Made by a program: the position numbers and the translations under genes | Shown here: in pieces, positions 1 through 8,800 of the stretch | Position numbering within the stretch: position 1 is the first letter of the stretch | Layout of the letters: every line of letters starts with the position of its first letter | DNA from: Lepidodermella squamata | Lineage: Eukaryota > Animalia > Gastrotricha | Direction of reading: 5' to 3' | Assembly: GCA_047495785.1 (NCBI GenBank) | Contig: JBLDXI010000006.1 | Coordinates: 1-64,000, forward strand | DNA: 64,000 bases | Notes under the pieces: model-generated | The model's input: only the letters and a program-made list of their open reading frames with translations | Told to the model about the DNA's origin: nothing | Databases searched by the model: none

Positions 1-261
1 CGCCGGATGTTGAGAATATGAGGCATTCGAGGGTAAATAAATAAAGAAGTCCTCCTGGATGCTAAGCATTTGTTATGTTATCCTTATCTATCTTTTCTAA
101 AGTAAGGATTGCGCTGTTGCCAAAAGGGGGGAGCTTAGTTTTGAATAAATAGTTTGAAATTTCTATAAGCCAAACGGTTATTAGAAGGAAAAAAATGTAG
201 GCCCCTACACGCACAGATGGCTTTTGTAGGAAAGCTAAGAGTGGAGTCGTAGGAACTCTAT

Positions 262-1473
262 TCATGAGGCCAAGGTTTTGATCTCGTTTGCATCAATCCA
301 ACTAGCGGCTTCAATCGGCCAGTTTTGCCATTTCACAAGAGCCTGTTTCTTGCCATTTATAGTGCGATGCTTCAGAACTTTTTCTATTAAATATGTTTCT
401 TGCGGATGTGCTATCTGAAGCTGCCAATCGTAAAAACTACCTTGAATACGCTTATTCAGAGTATCACGGAGATAATACTTGTCGGGGATGGTACAAGTAT
501 CTATGCGGTCGATAAAAAAATATTCTTCAGTAAAAATGAAATCTCCTTCTTTGTGAAATAAATCCTTTACACGACTAATTCTAACACAATCACCGACAGA
601 AAAAGTCGGTTTGTATAGTAAATTCTTGCGCTTTTCAAGCATCAATTGATCTCTTTTTCCAAAAACATTATTGTAAGCAACCAAATTTATAGGATCTTCT
701 GGGGAAGCTAGCCATAATTCTAACGGGGCAACCCTAGTGCTGCGATTTTTCATTTGATTGTAAGACGCTAAGAAAAAAGGTAAGTAATCGATGTAACGCA
801 GCGTATGATTTGCAATTTGATGCCTCGAAATAGTTCTACGAAGCCAACGGTTGAAAATTTCTATGGGTGAACACTTGAACATGGAGGTTGTAGTGTAATA
901 ATAAACATTGAATTTTTTAAATATTTTTTTAGCTTCTTTGTTGATAAATTCTCCGCCAGAATCTGTAGTGAAAGAGCGGCAACGCAAATCAGGTGTTAGG
1001 CTGCTCAAAAAATTACTGATCTTCTCAGCAGTGTAATTTCCTTCTTTGTTAAGTAAGGGAATACAGAAAGCATAACGCGTAAAACAGTCTTTGATTGTAA
1101 GTAAATAGCGGGTTCCATCATTATCTTGGCTTGAATCTTGAACTTCAAGAAGATCACCTAGAAAGAGGTCACTTCTAGCATAAACTTCATATTGCATGAA
1201 TTGCTTCCGGTTTCTTACACTTAGTGGTTTATATAATGAATATGTTCGATCATGGCTCATAATCTCAGCTAGTTTTTTATGAGTAAGGGAATTTCTCAGC
1301 TCTAAGGGTAATGTAGCTTTAAGTGTTGAGTATAATCTGCGCAGGCCTTGAAATGATCCAACATGTTTCGGATCATTATAGAAGCTCAAAACAAACGATT
1401 TCAAGTCTGACCTGTGGTTTATTTTAGCATCTCCTTCAGCTAGACGTCTCGCATTGTGTTTATTACGTGGCAT
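262..1473 (-). CDS. Maverick/Polinton retroviral-like DDE integrase with C-terminal chromodomain
   Basis: N-terminal FYNDPKHVGSF and YSLYKP; catalytic motifs GDL, TTDSGGEF, IEIFNR; FSVGDCVRI; chromodomain YLIEKVLKHR...LVKWQNWP...SW. Confidence 0.93.
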   Translation of the reverse strand: MPRNKHNARRLAEGDAKINHRSDLKSFVLSFYNDPKHVGSFQGLRRLYSTLKATLPLELRNSLTHKKLAEIMSHDRTYSLYKPLSVRNRKQFMQYEVYARSDLFLGDLLEVQDSSQDNDGTRYLLTIKDCFTRYAFCIPLLNKEGNYTAEKISNFLSSLTPDLRCRSFTTDSGGEFINKEAKKIFKKFNVYYYTTTSMFKCSPIEIFNRWLRRTISRHQIANHTLRYIDYLPFFLASYNQMKNRSTRVAPLELWLASPEDPINLVAYNNVFGKRDQLMLEKRKNLLYKPTFSVGDCVRISRVKDLFHKEGDFIFTEEYFFIDRIDTCTIPDKYYLRDTLNKRIQGSFYDWQLQIAHPQETYLIEKVLKHRTINGKKQALVKWQNWPIEAASWIDANEIKTLAS

Positions 1474-1476
1474 GAC

Positions 1477-1746
1477 CTAATTCTTCTTTATAGCTAATTT
1501 ACGGCAAGTAGGGACAACCGAACAATTAGCCATGTGGCTAAATAAATCACCGTTTAAGTGGAATAATAAATCATTTATATTATATAACATCCGCTCAGTA
1601 GACTCGACAAGTTGCCGCAGGTGAAGGAGTTCGGCTTGAGTATTGCGAACTTCCATAACAGCGAAAAAGCTGATTAAAATGGTAACCAGGGATAGCAGCA
1701 ATAGGATCGGTAAAACAGCACGCGGAATATCTGTTGTTTGATGCAT
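1477..1746 (-). CDS. Small membrane-anchored or secreted protein of the Maverick, function unknown
   Basis: ATG-started 89 aa ORF directly upstream of the integrase; hydrophobic segment AVLPILLLLSLVTILISFFAVM followed by a heptad-like region. Confidence 0.5.
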   Translation of the reverse strand: MHQTTDIPRAVLPILLLLSLVTILISFFAVMEVRNTQAELLHLRQLVESTERMLYNINDLLFHLNGDLFSHMANCSVVPTCRKLAIKKN

Positions 1747-1910
1747 AATAAATTACGAAGACTTTAAAAACGGGGAAATTTACCGATAGCCATATTTTTA
1801 TTTCTGCTGCGAATTTTGAAAATTGATAGATAATGATGAAAGTAGAAATAATGATTTTAGCTTAAAAAAAGACGGCACGCGATTAATCTTCCCTCATTCA
1901 TTAAATCATT

Positions 1911-2690
1911 TTATTGTTGTTTGATATACAGAAAAAAAGGCGCCAATTTAACAAATGCTATTTTTATAAGAGATAACGAAAAACAGCCGCTCATAATCAT
2001 TTTTCCAGTGTGAAACAGTGTGGCAGATACATTTAACTTTGGTTCATTTTCATTAGTGCTGACTTTGGAGAAAACACGTATACGCAACCCAGGAAAAAAT
2101 TCTGGTTGGTAAACGCATATTTTAGGAAATTGAAAAGCTAGCAGGCTAAGATTGACAGTTTTATGTAAATCGTAGAACAATACTATATTAGTAATTATTG
2201 GGTCACGGATTATCAACCGTCGATTAACAATTTTTCTGAGTGTAGCTTGAAGAACTCCAAAAGCAGTAACACAATTCGAGGCTGTTTTGGTACCACTACA
2301 AATTATAGCTCCGGATGAAAATAATAAAAACGTCGCGTTAAAAGCAGGTACTTTATAGAACAAAGCACTCGACATTTTTTTTGGGTTATATTTTGCACAA
2401 GGTAAAATTAGGGCTAGACTATCTAAATTAAATAGAAAATTTGACCTTGATTTAGCCATAATATTTGAAATAGAGTAATCAATATCATATTGTATATTAT
2501 TTACTTCCATATTTAATGGTGGGGATTTCAATAGAAAAAAAGGTTCAGTGCTAGATTGTAGCTTTAAATCAACAGGATAGGATATAGTCAAATTTATGAT
2601 CGTGGTCGACTGTGATGCGGCTGATTGAAGGCTTGTAACATACTTGATTTCAGCTGTTTCTGTTTGAACTTTGCGATAGGTTGAGGGCAA
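1911..2690 (-). CDS. TBP: TATA-box-binding protein (TBP) family homologue carried by the Maverick; start uncertain (possibly ATG near 2510)
   Basis: Two TBP core repeats: SNIM...KYNPKKM...ATFLLFSSGAIICSGTKT and TNIV...YQPEFFPGLRIR...ATLFHTGKMIMSG. Confidence 0.88.
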   Translation of the reverse strand: MPSTYRKVQTETAEIKYVTSLQSAASQSTTIINLTISYPVDLKLQSSTEPFFLLKSPPLNMEVNNIQYDIDYSISNIMAKSRSNFLFNLDSLALILPCAKYNPKKMSSALFYKVPAFNATFLLFSSGAIICSGTKTASNCVTAFGVLQATLRKIVNRRLIIRDPIITNIVLFYDLHKTVNLSLLAFQFPKICVYQPEFFPGLRIRVFSKVSTNENEPKLNVSATLFHTGKMIMSGCFSLSLIKIAFVKLAPFFLYIKQQ

Positions 2691-3049
2691 ATCATGACCA
2701 AAAAAGAGGCGACAGAATCTTGCTTTCGTGACTCATGATTGGTAATTGGAACAGCTGGTTTATTTTTCGCCTTGCATGGCGTTTTCGCCGATTTAGCAAC
2801 TGATTTCTTCTCAGTACCTATGACTTTTTTCTGAATTTTATGTTTAGCATTGCGTTTCGGTTGATTACGAACCGCAGTTTTTGCTAATCTAGAGGCTGAT
2901 GTTTGTTCAACAGGTTCCTTGGTAAACGTACTCGTATTCGGTTCATTCAGGTTTATTGGTACGAAATCATTGTTAGAAAAAAACAATGGAGAAGCCGGAG
3001 ATGAATTGAAGAAAGCTTCCATAAATTCAGTAAGAAGAATAATATTCAA
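2594..3049 (-). CDS. Basic Lys-rich protein; may be a spliced or frameshifted N-terminal part of the TBP gene
   Basis: ORF with ATG near 3022, K-rich stretch (PKRNAKHKIQKKV...KKSVAKSAK), overlaps the 5' end of the TBP frame. Confidence 0.45.
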   Translation of the reverse strand: MNIILLTEFMEAFFNSSPASPLFFSNNDFVPINLNEPNTSTFTKEPVEQTSASRLAKTAVRNQPKRNAKHKIQKKVIGTEKKSVAKSAKTPCKAKNKPAVPITNHESRKQDSVASFLVMICPQPIAKFKQKQLKSSMLQAFNQPHHSRPRS

Positions 3050-3190
3050 AGTTCTTGCGTTTGAAATGAAAAATGATCGAATGACGGAAGCCGGCCGCGG
3101 TGATTGGTTGGAGTTGCTGAGCCCCAGAACCTTCTGATTAGGAATGAATAAATAACAAAGGCATTATATAAATAAAATAAACTGACCAAA

Positions 3191-3997
3191 TTAGGTCGAA
3201 GAGCTGTTGTTGAAAGGTAAGACGGTAGCGACAGGTTGTAGTGCGATGGAGCGTTGCATGATGCCCGGCCATTTACTATTCGCACCTTCCTGCTGACCAT
3301 TAAGAACATCGATGACTGATGCCCATGGAATTTTCTGAGCGTGTTGATAGGGTGGAGGTACGACGTTCTGCATTTCTACTGAGACCCTACGACCTGCCCG
3401 AAGTAAAAGGTAGAATATGTGCCGCAGGTTTACGCTGACACCATTAAAGTTTTTTAACAAATCGTAAAATAAATGTTGGATGTAGATATATCGGCCTTCG
3501 GTGTAGGTAGGGTGTGCCGTTAGGCCATACCAGAAACTTTCTTCCAGGCCAGACACAATAATAGGGTTAGGGCTATCGTCGAGGCAATCATCCAAAAGGT
3601 AATCACTTTCAGTAAAAATAATTGAGTGACAAATGGACGACCATAAATCATCCTGGCGAACAAGGAGCGTGGTAGTATCATTTAGGATGCTCTTCCATAA
3701 ATCATGCCCAACGATGGAAGCACAGGTAGCTAAATTATATTCGGCAAAATGTTGAAAATTCGTGCCATCGTGGGTTGATGGGAAGAGACGAGCAACGGCT
3801 CTTTTGTAGCCGAGATAAACATGATCGATAGTAATATGTTGGCCTTTCGAGTTGGCAATCAAATCGAATATGGCGACTTCAGCGAATGTAATGCGTCCAG
3901 AGAGGGTATTTAGTGATATATTTAATGATTTCGGAGGAAAAAGTAAATCTTCTCGGTAGAAAATCGCTTCATAAGATTCATCATAGCCAATAATCAT
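3191..3997 (-). CDS. Hypothetical 268-aa Maverick protein
   Basis: Long ATG-started open frame in AT-rich DNA, co-oriented with the other element genes; no motif recognised. Confidence 0.6.
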   Translation of the reverse strand: MIIGYDESYEAIFYREDLLFPPKSLNISLNTLSGRITFAEVAIFDLIANSKGQHITIDHVYLGYKRAVARLFPSTHDGTNFQHFAEYNLATCASIVGHDLWKSILNDTTTLLVRQDDLWSSICHSIIFTESDYLLDDCLDDSPNPIIVSGLEESFWYGLTAHPTYTEGRYIYIQHLFYDLLKNFNGVSVNLRHIFYLLLRAGRRVSVEMQNVVPPPYQHAQKIPWASVIDVLNGQQEGANSKWPGIMQRSIALQPVATVLPFNNSSST

Positions 3998-4100
3998 AGC
4001 AACTTATTTGACCTTGCTATCCCTACCTTAATCTTTGCTTTTATTCGATTTTCCTTGAGTAAAAAAATGTTTCTTATATTTTTTAGATTACAGTTAAGTT

Positions 4101-4320
4101 GGATTGATAGGAGAAAGTAAAGTTTATTTACAAAACAAGTTAATGGACATATCAGGAAAGAAAGGAGTATTTATAAATGCTAATGGCCAAAGTAAAAAAT
4201 ATTTATTATATTTTAGATTAAAGTTAAGGGGGATTGATAGGAGAAAGTAATGTTTATTTACAAAAAAGGTTAATGGAAAGTAAGGTGTATTTATATAAGC
4301 TAATGGACAAAGCAGGAAAA
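4101..4320. promoter_or_regulatory. Two direct repeats (period 130 bp), each with overlapping TATA boxes on both strands, between divergent genes
   Basis: GGATTGATAGGAGAAAGTAA at 4101 and 4231; TATTTATA (reverse complement TATAAATA) at 4168 and 4288 overlaps forward TATAAATG (4172) and TATATAAG (4292). Confidence 0.5.
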
Positions 4321-4390
4321 AAGATGAGCTAGCTTGAGTTCTTAGATTACTGTATCTAATCAAGTATCTTTTTGGAAACTAAGAAAATTG

Positions 4391-4666
4391 ATGGAAGCAG
4401 AAGACATGTAAGTTTGGTTCTTTTTTAAAAAATCTTGAATAAATTCTGTTATGTTTAGTCGTGAACGCTTATATCAAGCACTGCTAAGCATTGACCATCT
4501 GCAACGAGCAATGACAGCAGCTATAAACGAAATGTTGAACACACAATTGGAGGTTGAACAATTGATCAATGATGCATCACGATTTATGATAGCAACTCGA
4601 GCAAGAGATCAGGCATGCAGCCTAGATTGTGGTGATTGGAATTGTAATTACTGTTACAAAGATTGA
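4391..4666 (+). CDS. Small spliced gene (intron 4408-4458): coiled-coil-like region with a C-terminal 4-Cys cluster
   Basis: ATG 4391, GTAAGT donor, TTTAG acceptor, in-frame join MEAEDI-RERLY...CSLDCGDWNCNYCYKD; AATAAA just downstream. Confidence 0.55.
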
Positions 4667-4832
4667 AAAATTAAAAATAAATTATCATGTGTGCATTTTT
4701 TATATTACAAATTAATTCCCAGAAAGAATGCAAAAGCATGACTCATAATAGTTTTAGAAAAAAAGTATGCCCGCTGTATATTTTATCATAAACATTGCGT
4801 ACATTTATGGGGCAACGGATAAAACGCACTTA

Positions 4833-5011
4833 TATATTTATGTGAAACGGTTATAGTAAAAATGACCGTAGTGCTATTACTGATACAACGCTCGTATATT
4901 TATGCCAAATGGCTATAGTAAAAATCGCCGTACTGCCATTACTGATCCCAAATTGCGTATATTTATACCAAACGGCTATAGTAAAAATCGCCGTACTGCC
5001 ATTACTGATCC
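4833..5011. repeat. Three 62-63 bp tandem repeats in the Maverick terminal region
   Basis: TATATTTAT...TATAGTAAAAAT...CCGTA...ATTACTGAT units starting at 4833, 4895 and 4958. Confidence 0.9.
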
Positions 5012-5836
5012 AAAGTTCCCATCCTTACTACTGCCTGGCTGGCAAATTGGCAATTTTCACTAGAAAATAGCTCACTTCTTGGGCTTTCCAGCGGTACCGA
5101 ATTTGCGAATATTTTCACATACTATCGATTTGTGAAAAATCGCCGAAGCTCGATCACTCAGACGGGTATTCACCGGGGAAAATAAACATTTTCCGGAAGA
5201 AAACCCGATCGGTATATATCGGTAATTATCGGTATCACACTTTACTTAACCGGGAATTACCGTGAAAGTTCGGTATTTTTCCTTTAAATACGGCACTGAG
5301 GAGCATTTTAAATCAATTCTTTTTTTCATTTTATCAACGAAGAAAATCCGAATAAACCATAGACAAAACGAAAAAAACCGATCGGAGTGGTTTGGTAATT
5401 TTCGTCTCCTCATTTACCTGGCGTTCTTCAATTTTTTGTTTGAGATTATCAAGGTAACCAAGGATAATCAGTGGAACTCGGACTTATTGGCTTTATTTAC
5501 CTTTCGGAGTGCGGAATAGCCTTTAAAAAAGCTTTGGGATCAAATAGTTAGCTCAAATAAAAATTGAGCTGTTATTGTCATGACACTTGAATCCAAAAAA
5601 ATGAATTTCGACTTCAAATGAAGTGACTCATGCCCTATTGAGGATCGACCCAGTTGTACCCGATCGCACTTGGGCCAGCACAATCCTCAGCCACCAGCCT
5701 ACTTCCCTAGGCTGAGACTCTTATTCGCGCACGATGAGATTAGATGAGACGAAATAATGCCATGATGTTTCATTCGAAATGTTAGTCAAAATAAAGATAA
5801 ATTTATAGGTCACAGTTAGATGTCGTTCGAAGGCTT

Positions 5837-8800
5837 TCACGTAGAGCCGTTGATACAATGCTCGCAGATGGCACCATTCAGCGGGCTCGAACACTGGACG
5901 TCGTCCCACTTTCCGTCGGACGCCATGCGCATGCACAGATAATCATTTGTACCTGTGCCACAGTACTGCATGAAGTCCGGGTTACTTGCTTCCCAATTTC
6001 CTTGCCAGCCGATCGGAAGTTCGATGTCCCAGTAATAGGTTCCATTGCTGGCGCCAAGACCGTTCATACCACCAATCCACATGCCGTTGCAACCCCAAGG
6101 TAGGCTGAGGTCTATTGAAATCGAAACGATTTCGAAGAAGTTTTATCAACTAGCAAACTTACTTGCGAACTTCGCAACCTCAGCTTGCACGTCTGGGCTC
6201 TGAATCCAAGACAGCCGAGAACTCAAGCCAGCACAAGCTGCTTCTGCTTCGTCTCGCTTCAGCCCGTTACGGTATAGTGGAGCAAATCTGGATGAAGACT
6301 CGCAGTCGCCGATATATACCCCTTTTTACAGATTAAGATTTAATGACAAGTTAAAACAGAGCGTAATAAACTTACACGTCTCGCATGTTGCTTTATCAGA
6401 GAATGTGAATCCGTAATCAGGCTGGTGATGCAAACTTTCAATTTTGTTCAAAATGCATAAACCTCGAAAATTACCGCATCATCAGGGCACAAGATGTCAT
6501 GCGGCATGCAAACTAAAGGCTCTTTATCTTTGACGCAGAGTTTGTGAGGACCCTAAGAAAATAATGAAGTCGACGTTTTTCCAGCTTTTACATCTTAAAT
6601 ATCACTGACATCAGCATTCCAGGCAGCTTCGCAATCCTGAATGTTGAGTCCGAGTGATTCCTTGCTATCGAAATACGCAAGCTAAAGAAAAGCGAGGGAT
6701 AATTCATAAGAGAAGGTATTTATCCATTGATTTACGGCCACACTTTCAGGGCATCCTGTGCTGCTGGCTACGCAAGTGTGAGTGCCCGATTCGAAACAGA
6801 GAACAGCTGTTTTCTCAGGGCAAGTCTTCTCGCAGATAGCCCCGTCCAGGGTCGAGCCGCAGTTGACATCGTCCCATGTGCCGGTTGAGCTCACACGAGC
6901 GCACAGACCCGGACCGGGACCGCAGACAGCCATGAAGTCAGGCTGGCCTGGAGCCCAGTTCGAAAATCCGAACTGGCGATACTTATCGTTACCCCAGATG
7001 AAGGTTTTTCCAAGCGCGTCCGAGCCATTCTTTCCTCCGATCCACAAGCCGTTGCAGCCCCACGGTTTCTTAAGGTCTGAGATTGAATTAACAGAAATTA
7101 AAAGAATTAGCCATAATAACTCACCAGCTATTTGGCGGATTGCAGTTTGCTCTATTCCAGAATCGATTTGAGCGAGACGAGTTCCGAGAGAAGAACACAC
7201 ATCGTTAGCTGCATCCCAGGTTAAACTGCTGTAGATGGGCGCGAATTTGGTGTAAGACGGGCAATCGAGACCCATCCCTGTGAAAAAATTGCCGCGGTAA
7301 ATATATTATTAGTTTCAGAAATAACTAACATCCCGCACAGGTGTCGAAATTAGGGAATCGGGACCCGGTATCCACCTGTTATCAAGTCAATAAAAATAGG
7401 ACGAAGCTGGTGGTTAAGAAAACTTGCACTGTCTTTAGGGCATGGAATATCGATGTACAGGCAATAAGTGGGAACACTTCCAACCCTGCAAAGCCTGAAA
7501 GGTAGCTATAGAGGGAAGTTACACTTATTAGGGCCCGACAGATTTTGTGCGGGGCTCACATCTGAATTCATTGCATCGCCGCAATCAACAGCATTCCCAT
7601 ACGCAGTGTCTCTTGCGTCGAAGGATTTCGCCTTGAATTGCGAGGATATAAATTTACGAAGTTTATTCTTTGGTTTTAGTACTTACCAAAAACTTTCCTC
7701 CCGAACATTCCCCTTGTAACTGGCATTCGACCGTACCATGACCGATACAAAGCTTGTAAGTGAGCTCTGGGCAAGTCTTCTCGCAAAGAGCGCCGTTTAG
7801 GACTACGCTGTTGCAATCTACGTCATCCCAAGTGCCGGTCGAGGTCATGCGCAGGCAGTAACCCGGCCCTGGACCACAGCCTGAGAAATCCGGCTCGCTT
7901 TGTTCCCAGTTGGAGTACGAGATCGCGCGACCTTGCGTATCGCCCCACACGAAGGTTGTATTATACGAATCCTCCCCGTTGCGTCCCCCGAACCAGAAGC
8001 CGTTGCAGCCGTGCGTTAGACTCAGGTCTTAATTTGAAACAAACCACGGGTTAAAATTATGGCGAAATCAAGCTTTAGGTTATGCGAAAACATTTCCGTA
8101 TGCCATTTTGAAAGCTGGCAACCTGTGGCCTTAAAGCTTCAAAAGTGAAAACGATGATTTTTCAAAAAATCGAAGAGAAAGTCGAATTAAAAGCCCGCCC
8201 TGAGTCGAAATACCGTAACGGGTCCTAACTTTGGAAAAAAACACCTTTTTTAATTTAAAAAAAATTCGGTTTTCGTCTAAAAAATGGAAAAAATAGCAAA
8301 ACCTCCACCCAAGGAATCTGCGTGGACAGGTGAAGTTTGGAAAATTTAGAAGCTCACCTTGATTTAAAAAAAAATAGGTAAAGAAACCTCTAAATTTGGA
8401 CACTCGTTCCCGAATTTGGACACCTCATTTGCATGTGCTAATTCGACCTTACACACATTTTATTCCTTGTTGCGCAATTTTTCTCGTGTTTTTAAAGACG
8501 ACTTTTGTAGCCACTTGACACTAAAATATTGCTACCGATAGCATTCACTCATCGTCAGATTTAATGCTGATGTACGCAAAACCAATTATACACCAGGCTT
8601 TTAATACCGTTAATGAACGATGAATCTTCTCAAAACTATGATAAACCAGGTGAAAATGTCTCAGAAGCACCGAGTCTCACTTAGAAAGTAGACGGAGGGA
8701 CTCATTCAAACCTCAACCCATGGTTTAACCTCAAACTCAGTTTCTTTATCGCCGAACTAGTGATATTATTTACCGAAAGTGAACTGTCATTTGTCCCATG

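Larger units (their letters stand above)
1..5032 (-). mobile_element. Terminal ~5 kb of a Maverick/Polinton element (continues left of the window)
   Basis: ACTACT at 5027-5032 reads 5'-AGTAGT on the minus strand, the typical Polinton terminus. Subterminal ~62-bp tandem repeats, a Polinton-type integrase and a densely packed AT-rich ORF block lie inward. The other TIR and the matching 6-bp TSD (would be GCCTGG, 5033-5038) are outside the window. Confidence 0.85.

Noticed and set aside
62-265. ORF as the start of a Polinton minor capsid protein (FKTKLP)
   Set aside because: Only a few residues resemble it, the ORF stops at 62, and the rest would lie outside the window.
4833-5011. Regularly spaced repeats as a CRISPR-like array
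   Set aside because: Whole units repeat with no unique spacers, there are no cas genes, and the context is a eukaryotic transposon end.
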